DNA from: an uncultured Lachnospiraceae bacterium
GTDB taxonomy: Bacteria > Bacillota > Clostridia > Lachnospirales > Lachnospiraceae
DNA: 64,000 bases
NCBI GenBank assembly: GCA_947631685.1
Contig: CANRMI010000004.1
Coordinates: forward strand, 23,439-87,438
Direction of reading: 5' to 3'
Shown here: positions 17,185-27,777 of the stretch, one piece after another
Numbering within the stretch: position 1 is the first letter of the stretch
How the letters are laid out: each line of letters begins with the position of its first letter
The notes under the pieces: generated by a model
The model's input: only the letters and a program-made list of their open reading frames with translations
Told to the model about the DNA's origin: nothing
Databases searched by the model: none
Made by a program: the position numbers and the translations under genes

Positions 17185-18078
17185 ATGTTACAGGCCATAA
17201 AACCTAAAAAGCGAGTGGTGTTCGCGTACCTGGCAATTCCCACCATACTGTTTATTTTCGCGGTATTCGTTCCGCTCATTACCGCTCTGGTCAACAGCTT
17301 TTATGAGTGGAAAAGCGGCCCCAACAAGACTTTCAACGGTCTTACCAACTATATTACACTGATGCATGATTCTACTTTCTGGCTGTCCTTCCGCCACAAT
17401 CTATTTTTGGTGGCTGTCTGTATTATAGGCCAGATAGGTATCGCGTTTATTCTGGTATTGATGATCAATTCCAGGCTTGTGAAGCTGAAAGGCATTCACA
17501 GAACTTTCGGTTTCTTCCCCAGTACGATAGCGGCAGTTTCTATCGGTTTTATCTGGAAAATGGTATACGACTATAACCGTGGTATTTTAAACTGGTTTTT
17601 AGGCGTAATTGGACGTGAGGATTTACAGCAGGTATGGTTAAGCAATGAGAAGCTGGTTATGCTTCTGGTAGCCATCCCCCTGGTGTGGCAGTGGATCGGT
17701 TATTACATGGTAATCATCCTTTCCGCTATTTCCTCCATTGATACGGAAATTTTTGAGGTGGCGGAGTTAGACGGCGCCAACGCGGTTCAGAGAGCGATCT
17801 ACATAGTACTTCCCCTGATCAAGAATACGCTGCTTGTCTGCGTCACCCTTTGTATCGCAGGTAATATGAAAGCCTTCGATAATATTTACGTTATGACCTC
17901 CGGCGGCCCCGGTAAGGCTTCCATGGTTATGGCAATGTACGGTTACAATGTTTCTTTCGCGGAAAACAACTTAGGATATGGTAGTACGATTTCCGTGGGT
18001 ATCTTTGTGATGAGTTTGCTGGTTATCGGTGGTTCCCAGTGGATCATCGGCCTGCTGACAAAAGATAAAGAAGCGTAG
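17185..18078 (+). CDS. Carbohydrate ABC transporter permease
   Basis: Multiple TM helices; EAA-type loop FEVAELDGANAVQ. Confidence 0.92.
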   Translation: MLQAIKPKKRVVFAYLAIPTILFIFAVFVPLITALVNSFYEWKSGPNKTFNGLTNYITLMHDSTFWLSFRHNLFLVAVCIIGQIGIAFILVLMINSRLVKLKGIHRTFGFFPSTIAAVSIGFIWKMVYDYNRGILNWFLGVIGREDLQQVWLSNEKLVMLLVAIPLVWQWIGYYMVIILSAISSIDTEIFEVAELDGANAVQRAIYIVLPLIKNTLLVCVTLCIAGNMKAFDNIYVMTSGGPGKASMVMAMYGYNVSFAENNLGYGSTISVGIFVMSLLVIGGSQWIIGLLTKDKEA

Positions 18079-18094
18079 AAAGGGGGGAGAAGAG

Positions 18095-18979
18095 ATGGCT
18101 AAGAAATTTGAAATGACGAAAGTAGAAAAAAACGACGTCCCTACTAAGATCAAAAAAGGCGTCCTGGGCGTGTTCTTAAACGCGGTACTGCTGATCTTTT
18201 CCGCAACCTGTATCTTCCCTCTGGTATGGATGTTCTACTCCTCCTTAAAGGAGAAGAGAGTGTTCAACGCGGACATTATCGGGCTGCCGAAGAACCCGAC
18301 CATCATCAATTATAAGAACATTCTGACAAACTCCGATTACCATTTGGGCGCTTCCATGAAAAACAGCCTTGTGGTAACGGCCTGCTCCGTGTTCCTGATC
18401 GTGCTCTTTGGCTTTATTGTAGGCTATATCCTGGCCAGAGTCAGATTCAAACTCAACAGGGTGCTGTATGTGATGTTCTTAATGGGTATGCTGATCCCTA
18501 TTCACTCCCTGCTGGTACCTATCTATCTGGTATTTAAGAACACAGGATTGAGTGACAAGTGGTTTACTTTGATCATACCTTATGTGGCTTTCGGACTTCC
18601 TACCGCCATATTCCTGGTGGAGGGCTTTGTCAAGGGCGTGCCTACCGCGTTGGAGGAAGCGGCGGCCATTGACGGCAGTTCCTTCTCCAGAACCCTGTTC
18701 CAGATCATTATGCCCATCTGCCGGCCCATTATGACCACGGTGGCGATCATCAACGTATTTACCTGCTGGAACGAGTTCTCTTTCGCGTTGGTACTGTTAA
18801 AGAATCAGAAGCTGCATACGGTGCCTCTGGCGATGACTCAGTTTACCGGACAGTTCGGCTCTGACTATCCCAAGATCATGGCGGCGATGCTCCTTACCAT
18901 GTCCCCCATTGTAGTGCTGTACTTCACCTGCAGCAAGCAGATCATCAAGGGCATGGTTGCCGGCGCAGTGAAGGGCTGA
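18095..18979 (+). CDS. Carbohydrate ABC transporter permease
   Basis: LEEAAAIDGSS, WNEF, IIKGMVAGAVKG. Confidence 0.93.
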   Translation: MAKKFEMTKVEKNDVPTKIKKGVLGVFLNAVLLIFSATCIFPLVWMFYSSLKEKRVFNADIIGLPKNPTIINYKNILTNSDYHLGASMKNSLVVTACSVFLIVLFGFIVGYILARVRFKLNRVLYVMFLMGMLIPIHSLLVPIYLVFKNTGLSDKWFTLIIPYVAFGLPTAIFLVEGFVKGVPTALEEAAAIDGSSFSRTLFQIIMPICRPIMTTVAIINVFTCWNEFSFALVLLKNQKLHTVPLAMTQFTGQFGSDYPKIMAAMLLTMSPIVVLYFTCSKQIIKGMVAGAVKG

Positions 18980-19138
18980 TATTTTATAAAAAGTTTATAA
19001 TACCTTTTACTTCCTTTTATTTACTGAAAGAAACGGGCATGTTATAATGTGAAAAACGTTATATATGCCCGTTTTTTATTTTGCGGTGCTTCGCGGGCGT
19101 ATGGAAATCGTATCATTTATGATGAAAATGAGGGAGCT

Positions 19139-19594
19139 ATGAGCAGGCAGGAATTTTTAAATGCGCTGCAGGGGGCACTGACCGGAAGAGTCAATGCATC
19201 GCAGATTGCGGAAAATATCAATTATTACGATGATTATATCAGTACGCAGGTGCGTATGGGCAGAAGCGAGGAAGAAGTGATAGCCGAGCTGGGCAGTCCC
19301 AGGCTGCTGGCGAAAAGCATTGTGGAGGCAAGCCGCCATGCGGACGGGAATGACGCCGGTTCCGGGTACGGAAATGAGCAGAGCGGTTATGAAAATATGG
19401 ATTATGACGGCGTTTCCGGCTATGGAAAGGTACACAAAAGACGGATTCCTGCCTGGCTGATCGTGGTACTGGTGATCCTGGCCCTGCTGGCGATACTGTC
19501 CATGGTATTTTCCGCTTTTGTTTTTCTGGCGCCTGTACTGCTGCCCATTCTTTTTGTAGTGATCGTCATGAAGATCATGGAGCGGAGCAGTTAA
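19139..19594 (+). CDS. DUF1700-like membrane protein
   Basis: MSRQEFL..L...L, YYDDYI..Q...GRSEEEVIAELGSP..LAK, C-terminal TM segment. Confidence 0.75.
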   Translation: MSRQEFLNALQGALTGRVNASQIAENINYYDDYISTQVRMGRSEEEVIAELGSPRLLAKSIVEASRHADGNDAGSGYGNEQSGYENMDYDGVSGYGKVHKRRIPAWLIVVLVILALLAILSMVFSAFVFLAPVLLPILFVVIVMKIMERSS

Positions 19595-19613
19595 AATAAA
19601 TTTTGCCTGTTTT

Positions 19614-19643
19614 GAATAATACGGAATACTTTGCGTCATACTA
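19614..19643 (+). promoter_or_regulatory. Candidate SigG (forespore) promoter
   Basis: GAATA-18 nt-CATACTA, matching the GHATR/CATWHTA consensus. Confidence 0.5.
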
Positions 19644-19678
19644 CTCTTGTAACTAAAAACCAACAGGAGGTTATGACA

Positions 19679-19834
19679 ATGGCTAACAACAATCAGAACA
19701 ACGAGAATCAAAACAAGTACAACAACTGTTCCAACAGCAGCAACAGCACCCAGAGCAGCAGTCAGCAGAACAGCCAGAACAGCAATCAGCAGAACAACAA
19801 TCAGAATAAGCAGAACAAGCAGAATAATTACTAG
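19679..19834 (+). CDS. 51 aa Asn/Gln-rich low-complexity small protein
   Basis: GGAGG 8 nt before ATG; 21 Asn + 11 Gln of 51 residues; own terminator at about 19845-19875. Confidence 0.75.
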   Translation: MANNNQNNENQNKYNNCSNSSNSTQSSSQQNSQNSNQQNNNQNKQNKQNNY

Positions 19835-19979
19835 ATACGGCTGGGGAAAAGGGCGCGGGAAGCGCCCTTTTTTCTTGGCTTTGCGTTGCATTTTCCGTGG
19901 ACTCTATGATATAATATTTGTTGTAGTGGAAACAAAAGATTTTGTGAGAAACAACTATGTTATGCGAGGAGGTCTTCCT

Positions 19980-22265
19980 ATGCCGGATGAGATAAACAAA
20001 GCACCTGCAGAGACGGAACAAAAGCAGGAGCCCCAAAAAGCTCCGAAGCCTGAGAAAAAGCCCAAACCGGCAAAGGCTCCGAAACCGGAGAAAAAACCCA
20101 AACCGGCAAAGTCCCCGAAACCGGAGAAAAAACCTAAACCGGCAAAAGCTCCGAAACCGGAGAAGAAGCCCAAACCGGCAAAAGCTTCCAAGCAGGAGAA
20201 AAAGCGGTTCCATCTGAGCCTGAAGAGTCAGCTGCTGATCGGATTTTCCCTGCCTATCCTGCTGGTCGCTGCCATTGGTATCTATGCCTATAACAAGGCT
20301 GCGGAAGGCATGACGGGCAATTATCAGGAGACCACGCTGGAAGCGCTGCGCATGACCGCGGATTACATAGACTATGGATTTTCCACCGTTTCCTCCAGCG
20401 CGCTGGAGCTTTACAACGATGGCAATGTCAAAGATTACAGCCGCAATCTCTACAGGAGTGATCCCATCCAGGGAAATACGGTGCGGAAAAATATCTCTAA
20501 CAATCTGATGACGAAAAAACTGGCCAATGATTTTATCGAGGAGATCCACATCATCCCTATGGCAGGGGTAAGCTGCATGACTTCCGCCAGCCTGGAAAAC
20601 GCCAAAGAGGTGGATGGCTTTTACAAGGAGCTGTTAGAGGAGAAGCAGGAAGTGATCAAATCCAAGAACAGGTGGGCTTTCGGGCATGCCATTGTGGATG
20701 AGACATTCCATCTGGACGGGGAAAAACAGCTTATGTCCCTGTACCTGCCTCTGGAATCGGGCATGGCCTGCATCGTAGTGGACATCAGCAGGGACAATAT
20801 CGTAAGCATTATGCAGGAGACCGGTTTTGGAGAAGGCTGCGTCATGGGCTTTGTGACGCCGGACGGACACGAGGTGCTGACTCAGCTTACGGAAGAGGGC
20901 GGCCAGGATCTTTCCGAGAGTGAATTTGGCGGGGATTTCAGCTTCGCGGTTCAGGACTTCTATATCCAGGCCCAGGAGTCGGAGGAGCCCAGCGTAGGCA
21001 TGGAAGTTACCTTTCAGGGAGACGCCTACTGGTTCATGTCTGCCAAGTGCGAGAGCAACGGCTCCGTGATCTGCGCTCTGGTTCCCAAGAGCATTATGAT
21101 GACGGAAGCCAATGAATTAAAGAGCGCCGTACTGTGGTTCGTGCTGGCGGCCTGTGTCATAGTGGGCATTTTGGGCGTATTTATCTTTATGGGGATCAGC
21201 AGGAACATGGGCAGCATCATCCGCAGGCTTTCCAGAGTGGCAAACGGGGATCTGACTGTGGATATGACCATTAAAAATAAGGCGGAGTTCGGCACTCTGG
21301 CCGGACATATCATGGGCGTGGTGTCCAATACCAAGGATCTGGTAGCCAAGGCGGTCACCATTTCCGGAGACGTGTCCACCTCGGTTTCCGGCGTGAGCGC
21401 GGCAGCCGGTGTGCTCAGTGAGGGCAGCCAGAATATCCATTCCGCTATGGTGGAGATCGATCAGGGCGTCAACCGCCAGGTACAAGACGCGGAGCAGTGC
21501 CTGAATAAAATGGATGAACTTTCCGGCATCATTCTTACTACCGAAGAGAGAGTGCAGGAAATGGGGCGTCTGGCGGACGGTACCAAGGATATGATAGACG
21601 CAGGATCAGATAGCATGAAAGAACTGATCGAACAGGCGGAAGAAACCGTCCGGATGACGGATCATGTGGATGTGAAGATCGGGGAGCTCTCCGAAAAATC
21701 CAGGGAGATCGCCGCGTTTGTAGATACCATCAATGAAATTTCAGAACAGACCACGCTGCTTTCCTTAAACGCCTCCATTGAAGCCGCGAGAGCGGGAGAA
21801 GCGGGAAAGGGATTTGCGGTAGTGGCGGAGGAGATCAAGAAGCTGGCGGACAATTCCATGCAGGCTGCGGAAGAGATCCGCAAGGTGGTCAATATCATCA
21901 ATGACATGACTGTGGAGACCAGGGAATCTTCGGCGGCGGCCAAAGAAGTAGTGAAAAAGCAGGGCGCCATCGTGGAGCAGACCAGGGACAATCTGCTGGC
22001 AATGAACCGCAGCATGGGACAGCTTTTGGAGAATGTACAGAGTATCAAACAGCACATGCGGGAAATGAGCGACGGCAGAGCGGACACGCTGGAGGCTATC
22101 GAGAGCATTTCCAGCGTGGTGGAGGAGACAGCCGCTTCCGCCAGCATTGTAAAGGAGACTGTGGAGGAGCAGACGCATCAGGCAGAGTCCCTGCGCGCTA
22201 TTACGGAAGAACTGCAGAGTAAAACGGACAGTCTTATGGCGGCTATCAGTACGTTTAGGGTGTAA
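19980..22265 (+). CDS. Methyl-accepting chemotaxis protein with Lys/Pro-rich repeat N-terminus
   Basis: Two TM segments, HAMP region, [34 protein letters not shown] signalling motif. Confidence 0.93.
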   Translation: MPDEINKAPAETEQKQEPQKAPKPEKKPKPAKAPKPEKKPKPAKSPKPEKKPKPAKAPKPEKKPKPAKASKQEKKRFHLSLKSQLLIGFSLPILLVAAIGIYAYNKAAEGMTGNYQETTLEALRMTADYIDYGFSTVSSSALELYNDGNVKDYSRNLYRSDPIQGNTVRKNISNNLMTKKLANDFIEEIHIIPMAGVSCMTSASLENAKEVDGFYKELLEEKQEVIKSKNRWAFGHAIVDETFHLDGEKQLMSLYLPLESGMACIVVDISRDNIVSIMQETGFGEGCVMGFVTPDGHEVLTQLTEEGGQDLSESEFGGDFSFAVQDFYIQAQESEEPSVGMEVTFQGDAYWFMSAKCESNGSVICALVPKSIMMTEANELKSAVLWFVLAACVIVGILGVFIFMGISRNMGSIIRRLSRVANGDLTVDMTIKNKAEFGTLAGHIMGVVSNTKDLVAKAVTISGDVSTSVSGVSAAAGVLSEGSQNIHSAMVEIDQGVNRQVQDAEQCLNKMDELSGIILTTEERVQEMGRLADGTKDMIDAGSDSMKELIEQAEETVRMTDHVDVKIGELSEKSREIAAFVDTINEISEQTTLLSLNASIEAARAGEAGKGFAVVAEEIKKLADNSMQAAEEIRKVVNIINDMTVETRESSAAAKEVVKKQGAIVEQTRDNLLAMNRSMGQLLENVQSIKQHMREMSDGRADTLEAIESISSVVEETAASASIVKETVEEQTHQAESLRAITEELQSKTDSLMAAISTFRV
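20037..20180 (+). repeat. Four 36 nt repeats encoding K(A/S)[10 protein letters not shown]
   Basis: Seen directly in DNA and translation. Confidence 0.92.
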
Positions 22266-22291
22266 GAATTATATAGCGGGAAACACAGGAA

Positions 22292-23434
22292 ATGAAGACA
22301 TTTGAATTGATAGCGCCGTGCCATTTTGGCATGGAGGCGGTTTTAAAAAGAGAGATCGTCGATCTGGGATATGACGTGACGGATGTAACGGACGGACGGG
22401 TGACCTTTCTGGGGGATGCGGAGGCTCTCTGCCGGGGAAATATTTTCCTGCGGACTCCGGAGCGGATACTGTTAAAGGTGGGGGCTTTTCACGCGGAGAC
22501 CTTTGAGGAGCTGTATCAGGGAACCAGATCCCTGCCTTGGGAAGATTATATACCGGTGGACGGCGGGTTCAAGGTGGTAAAGGCTGCCAGTGTGAAGAGC
22601 AAACTCTTTAGCCCTTCCGATATACAGTCGATCATGAAAAAGGCCATGGTGGACCGGCTGGGAGAGATTTACCATGTCAACTGGTTTACCGAAGAAGGAA
22701 GCGAATATCCCGTCAGGGTGTTCTTACTGAAAGACGAGGTGACTGTGGGGCTGGATACCACGGGAGAATCCCTGCACAAGCGGGGATACCGCAGGCTGAC
22801 GGCCAAGGCGCCCATTGCGGAAAATCTGGCGGCGGCTCTGATCTTACTGACGCCCTGGAACAGGGAGAGGATACTGGTGGATCCTTTCTGCGGCAGCGGG
22901 ACCATTCCCATTGAAGCGGCCATGATGGCGGCCAATATGGCGCCCGGCAGAAAGCGGAAATTTATCGCTATGAACTGGCCGGAAGTGGTGCCTGCACAGG
23001 TCTGGCAGGATGCCTTTGAGGAAGCGGAGGATGTCATTTCTCCCACAACGGACGTAGACCTGCAGGGATATGATATTGACGGCAGAGTGGTGGCGGCAGC
23101 CAGGGAAAACGCCAGACTGGCCGGCGTGGAGCATATGATCCATTTCCAGCAGAGAGAGGTGGCGCAGTTAAGCCACCCGAAAAAATACGGCTTTTTGATC
23201 ACCAATCCCCCGTATGGGGAACGCCTGGAGGAGAAGAAAGCGCTGCCCGCTCTCTACCGCACATTGGGAGAGCGTTTTGCTCTGCTGGATACCTGGAGCC
23301 TGTGTATGATCACTTCCTACGAGCAGGTGGAAAAGGACATTGGCCGCAAGGCGGATAAAAACCGCAAGCTGTATAACGGTATGATAAAGACATATTATTA
23401 TCAGTTCATGGGGCCCAAGCCCCCGCGGACATAG
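22292..23434 (+). CDS. THUMP-domain rRNA methyltransferase (RlmL/YpsC-like)
   Basis: GESLHKRGYR, APIAENLAA, DPFCGSGTIPIEAA, ITNPPYGERL. Confidence 0.9.
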   Translation: MKTFELIAPCHFGMEAVLKREIVDLGYDVTDVTDGRVTFLGDAEALCRGNIFLRTPERILLKVGAFHAETFEELYQGTRSLPWEDYIPVDGGFKVVKAASVKSKLFSPSDIQSIMKKAMVDRLGEIYHVNWFTEEGSEYPVRVFLLKDEVTVGLDTTGESLHKRGYRRLTAKAPIAENLAAALILLTPWNRERILVDPFCGSGTIPIEAAMMAANMAPGRKRKFIAMNWPEVVPAQVWQDAFEEAEDVISPTTDVDLQGYDIDGRVVAAARENARLAGVEHMIHFQQREVAQLSHPKKYGFLITNPPYGERLEEKKALPALYRTLGERFALLDTWSLCMITSYEQVEKDIGRKADKNRKLYNGMIKTYYYQFMGPKPPRT

Positions 23435-23451
23435 ATCGAGGAGAATGGCGG

Positions 23452-24516
23452 ATGCGTATCAGTTTTGCCATGTGTGTACGGGTAGGAGCCGTACTTTTTT
23501 GCGCCGTCTCTATGGCGGTGATGCTTTTTTTCGCGAAAAACAAAGCCATAGTGATCGAAGGACTGCCTCAGGATCAGGTGGAGGGCGCCGCAGGCGCGGC
23601 CGTGGGATATGAGACGGAAACGGGGCAGCTGCGCTTTACCGAAAGGGAAGAAAGAGGAGACTGCATTTGCATTCCCTTAGAGGACGGCGTGCCTGCGGAA
23701 AATGTGACAATAGAGAATCACTATATGGACAAACAGATCTGGATAAGCATCCGGGGAGCATCCGCGGATTATTATAAAGAGGCGGCCCTTTCAGGAGAGC
23801 TGTCCTGTATCACGGATGGTATCTATGAGGTTCGCGGGGAGGACGTGGTCCTGAAACTCTCTGCCAGAGCGGTGTACGAATGCCGCAGTACGCTGGAAGA
23901 GCGGAAACTTTACATAGAAATGTTGAACCCGTGGGAAGTTTATGATAAAATCATTGTGATCGATGCGTCCTGCGGAGGAAGAGAAACGGGAATTGTGGAG
24001 AACGGACTGACGGAAAAGGATGTGACGCTGGACATTGTAAAGCAGTTAAAGATCCTGCTGGACTCCACGGACATCAAAGTGTACTATACCCGGATGGAGG
24101 ATGTGGATGTGCCGGATGAGGACAGAGCCGCACTGGCCAACGAGGTAAGAGCGGATATGTTTATCAGCGTACGGCTCAATGCTTCCGAGGACAAGGAAAA
24201 ATACGGCACGGAGGTGCTTTACAACGCCGGATACTATCTGCCGGATTTTAACGGGGTATCTCTTGCGGACAGTCTGGAGCGGGCGGTTGTCACCCGCGTA
24301 AGCGGCCGAGGGAATGGCTTGTACGAGGCGGCGGATTCGGATGTGCTGGTACAGAACGCTAAGGTTCCGGTGGCGGTCTTAGAGGCAGGATATGTCAGCA
24401 ACGAGCAGGAGGCGGCGCTTTTGTCCAGAGCCGATTACAGAGGACTGATCGCCGCGGGAATCGCTGACGCGGTTACGAAAGTTTATGAGGAAGGAAGCGT
24501 CATAACGGAAAAATGA
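23452..24516 (+). CDS. N-acetylmuramoyl-L-alanine amidase (Amidase_3)-fold protein with degenerate Zn site
   Basis: IVIDASCGG (usually DAGHGG), EKDVTL, VYYTR, FISVRLN (usually SIHAN), VLEAGYVSN; N-terminal membrane anchor. Confidence 0.8.
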   Translation: MRISFAMCVRVGAVLFCAVSMAVMLFFAKNKAIVIEGLPQDQVEGAAGAAVGYETETGQLRFTEREERGDCICIPLEDGVPAENVTIENHYMDKQIWISIRGASADYYKEAALSGELSCITDGIYEVRGEDVVLKLSARAVYECRSTLEERKLYIEMLNPWEVYDKIIVIDASCGGRETGIVENGLTEKDVTLDIVKQLKILLDSTDIKVYYTRMEDVDVPDEDRAALANEVRADMFISVRLNASEDKEKYGTEVLYNAGYYLPDFNGVSLADSLERAVVTRVSGRGNGLYEAADSDVLVQNAKVPVAVLEAGYVSNEQEAALLSRADYRGLIAAGIADAVTKVYEEGSVITEK

Positions 24517-25115
24517 AAAGAAGGATCGTGTTTGCTACCGGAAATACCGACAAGCTGCGGGAGATCCGGGAGATACTGGGAGAGACGGATTGGACCGTTC
24601 TTTCCATAAAAGATGCCGGGATCCGGATAGACGTGGAAGAGAACGGGAGTACATACGAGGAAAACGCGTTGATCAAGGCCAGAGCAGCGGCAGCGCTCGC
24701 GCAGGCGGACGACATTGTGCTGGCGGACGACTCCGGCCTGGAAATAGATTATCTAAACCGCGAGCCGGGAATCTATTCGGCCCGTTATCTGGGAGAGGAT
24801 ACCTCCTACCGGATCAAGAATCAAAACCTGATAGACAGGCTGCAGGGCGTACCCGATGAAAAGCGGACGGCGCGTTTTGTCTGCGCGATAGCGGCGGTGC
24901 TGCCCGGTGGAAAGGAACTGACCTGCCGAGGCGTCATAGAGGGCAGGATCGGCTATGAAGAAAGGGGAAGCGGCGGTTTTGGCTACGATCCGATCTTTCA
25001 AGTGCCCGAACTGGGAAAGTCCACAGCGGAGCTGAATGAGGAAGAGAAAAACGCGGTCAGCCACAGGGGAAAGGCGCTGCGTGCCATGAGGGAAAAGCTG
25101 AAAGAGGTTTTATGA
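24513..25115 (+). CDS. rdgB: Non-canonical purine NTP pyrophosphatase (RdgB/HAM1)
   Basis: FATGN..KLREI, ADDSGLEID, PGIYSAR, GFGYDPIF, KNAVSHRGKA. Confidence 0.95.
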   Translation: MKRRIVFATGNTDKLREIREILGETDWTVLSIKDAGIRIDVEENGSTYEENALIKARAAAALAQADDIVLADDSGLEIDYLNREPGIYSARYLGEDTSYRIKNQNLIDRLQGVPDEKRTARFVCAIAAVLPGGKELTCRGVIEGRIGYEERGSGGFGYDPIFQVPELGKSTAELNEEEKNAVSHRGKALRAMREKLKEVL

Positions 25116-25127
25116 CGGTGGGTTGGA

Positions 25128-25625
25128 ATGAAGGTGTTGATCGTAAGCGATACGCATAAGCGTAACGAAAATTATTTTAAAGTATTGGAAAAGGTGTCGC
25201 CGGTGGATCTGGTGATACACTGCGGAGATATTGAGGGCAGTGAATACGCGCTGGCTGCTGCCGCGGACTGTATGGTGGAAATGGTGGCCGGCAACAATGA
25301 CTTTTTTTCCCAGCTGCCCATGGAGCGGGAGTTCGCTATTGGAAAGTACCATGTGTGGGTGACTCACGGGCACAATTACTACGTGTCCATGAGCAGTGAG
25401 ATCCTCAAGCAGGAAGCAAGGCAGAGAGGAGCCGATATTGTGTTTTACGGCCATACCCACAGGCCGGATCTGGATCTGGACGACGATGTGATTGCGATCA
25501 ATCCCGGAAGTCTTTCCTATCCGCGGCAGGACGGGAGGAAGCCGTCCTACGTGCTGATGGATATTGACCGATTTGGAGAAGCCCATTTTACTTTAAGGTA
25601 TCTGGAGGAGGAATATCACTTATGA
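25128..25625 (+). CDS. YfcE/YsnB-family metallophosphoesterase
   Basis: VSDTH, IHCGD, AGNND, THGH, YGHTH, INPGS. Confidence 0.92.
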   Translation: MKVLIVSDTHKRNENYFKVLEKVSPVDLVIHCGDIEGSEYALAAAADCMVEMVAGNNDFFSQLPMEREFAIGKYHVWVTHGHNYYVSMSSEILKQEARQRGADIVFYGHTHRPDLDLDDDVIAINPGSLSYPRQDGRKPSYVLMDIDRFGEAHFTLRYLEEEYHL

Positions 25626-27100
25626 GAAGAATTTCAGAAACGGCAAGGGTAAACAAGGTGACTATTTTATGCCACGGTATCATTTCCAGTATTATCGCGC
25701 TGGCTTACCTGTTGGAAGTTTTCAAACACAGCAGGACCATTCTGTATTTTGCGATGATCGCGGTACTGGCGCTGACACCGGTTATCATAGAGATCATGAT
25801 GTATAAGAGAAATCCGGAGAGCCGCCATATCAGAAGAGTGGTGGGCTACGGTTATGCCCTGTTGTACGCGGTGGCCATCTTTACCACTCACAGCGTCCTG
25901 CCCTTTACTTATATCATTCCCATGCTCATTGTGATCACCCTTTACAGTGATGTGGCTTTTTGTGTCAAGGTCGGTATAGGGGGCGTTGTCCTGAACGCGG
26001 CGAATGTGATATACAAGGCCGTTACGGTGGGGTATACCAAAGAAGAGATTCCCGATCTGGAGATCCGTCTGCTGGTCATACTGCTGATTGCCATATACGT
26101 GGTACTGGCTACCCGTGTATCCAAACAGATCAATATGGATAAGAGGCAGGAACTGCAGGAAGAAAAAGATAAGGCGGAAAGCCTTTTGGAAAAGGTGATG
26201 CGTCTGTCCGGAGAGCTTTCCGGCGGTGTGGAGAAAGTGGACGGTCACATGGCCAATCTGGATAAGTCCGTGGAGGAAATGAGCGTCGCCATGGCGGAAG
26301 TGACGGCCGGTACGCAGGAGACCGCGGAATCCGTTCAGAATCAGCTGATCCGGACGGAAGAGATCCAGAAGCTGATCGACGAAGTCAAGAGTGTGGGCGT
26401 TTATATCAAAGAAAGTATGGATAAGGCTTCGGATGAAGTGGAGAGCGGCGTCTCCAATATGTCAGAGCTTATCAAGCAGTCCAGGCAGTCCCAGGAAGCC
26501 AACGCTACCGTGGTAAAACAAATGGACGAGGTGCACAGGCAGGCAGACAAGATGAACGAGATCATAGGCCTGATCACCAATATTGCCAATCGTACCAGTA
26601 TGCTGGCCCTCAACGCCAGTATCGAGGCCGCCCGGGCAGGAGAAGCGGGAAGCGGCTTTGCCGTGGTGGCTAAGCAGGTATCCGAGCTGTCCGACCAGAC
26701 CAAGGCAGCCGCGGCCAATATCGTGGAACTGATCGGAAGCGTAACGGGTGAACTCGGCCAGGTTTCGGAAGCTGTGAAAGTATTGGAAGAAAACACGGCC
26801 GCTCAGGACGAAAAAGTCGAAGAGCTGGGCAGGAGCTTGTCAGACATTAAGGAAATGACAGGGGACATCGCGGGCAGGACCACCGGTCTGGAAGAGATGA
26901 TCGAAAAGCTGTCGGCAGCCAACGGAGATATTGTGCAGAACATCCAGACGATTTCCGCCATTACCGAGGAGGTAACGGCTCATTCCAGCGAAACGCTGAA
27001 CACCTGCCGTGAGAATCAGCATACGGTAGAAGAGGTAAGCAGGATCACCGCGGTGCTCAATCAGCACGCCGGTGAATTAAAAAGCGCGCAGATACGCTGA
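25622..27100 (+). CDS. Methyl-accepting chemotaxis protein (multi-TM sensor)
   Basis: Five to six N-terminal TM helices; [26 protein letters not shown]. Confidence 0.92.
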   Translation: MRRISETARVNKVTILCHGIISSIIALAYLLEVFKHSRTILYFAMIAVLALTPVIIEIMMYKRNPESRHIRRVVGYGYALLYAVAIFTTHSVLPFTYIIPMLIVITLYSDVAFCVKVGIGGVVLNAANVIYKAVTVGYTKEEIPDLEIRLLVILLIAIYVVLATRVSKQINMDKRQELQEEKDKAESLLEKVMRLSGELSGGVEKVDGHMANLDKSVEEMSVAMAEVTAGTQETAESVQNQLIRTEEIQKLIDEVKSVGVYIKESMDKASDEVESGVSNMSELIKQSRQSQEANATVVKQMDEVHRQADKMNEIIGLITNIANRTSMLALNASIEAARAGEAGSGFAVVAKQVSELSDQTKAAAANIVELIGSVTGELGQVSEAVKVLEENTAAQDEKVEELGRSLSDIKEMTGDIAGRTTGLEEMIEKLSAANGDIVQNIQTISAITEEVTAHSSETLNTCRENQHTVEEVSRITAVLNQHAGELKSAQIR

Positions 27101-27126
27101 TAATATAAGTGATAAAAGCGTTTTTT

Positions 27127-27201
27127 CGGGGTATGGCTCAGTTTGGCTAGAGCGCCTGGTTTGGGACCAGGAGGTCGCAGGTTCGAATCCTGTTACCCCG
27201 A
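27127..27201 (+). tRNA. tRNA-Pro(TGG)
   Basis: CGGGGTA/TACCCCG acceptor; anticodon loop TTTGGGA. Confidence 0.95.
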
Positions 27202-27318
27202 TTGTTTTTATTTCTGCCGATGATCGGTATGCGATATCTGGGAATACGCGCGCATTGCGGGCAAGTTTTTGGAAAAAAGAAAAGCCCGAAAGGCGCGGGA
27301 AACAGAGGAGGAGCAGGC

Positions 27319-27777
27319 GTGAGCGGATACATACAGGAGCTGCGCAGGCTGGTGGGACACCGGCCCATTATGCAGTGCGCCGCCAGTGTGATCGTAGTGG
27401 ACGAAAAGGGCAGGCTGCTTTTAGGAAAGAGAACGGATAACCACTTGTGGGGTTATGCGGGCGGCTCCGTGGAGATTGACGAAAAGGTGGAGGACTGCGC
27501 GAAGCGGGAGCTTTTTGAGGAAACGGGCCTTGTGGCCGAGGAACTGGAATTTTTCATGATAAATTCTGGACCGGAGGTCCACTACATCTACCCCAACGGG
27601 GACGAGGTCTCCAATATCGAGATCATATATCTGTGCCGCAAATATCACGGAGAACTGCGGGCTCAGGCGGAAGAAGTGGAGGAACTGAGGTTTTTTGAGG
27701 CGGGAGACATCGTACTGGAAATGGTATCACCGCCTATCAGACCGGTTTTCCGCAAATATCTGGAAGGGATCTTATGA
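27319..27777 (+). CDS. NUDIX hydrolase
   Basis: Nudix box GGSVEIDEKVEDCAKRELFEETGL; GTG start after GGAGGA. Confidence 0.9.
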   Translation: MSGYIQELRRLVGHRPIMQCAASVIVVDEKGRLLLGKRTDNHLWGYAGGSVEIDEKVEDCAKRELFEETGLVAEELEFFMINSGPEVHYIYPNGDEVSNIEIIYLCRKYHGELRAQAEEVEELRFFEAGDIVLEMVSPPIRPVFRKYLEGIL

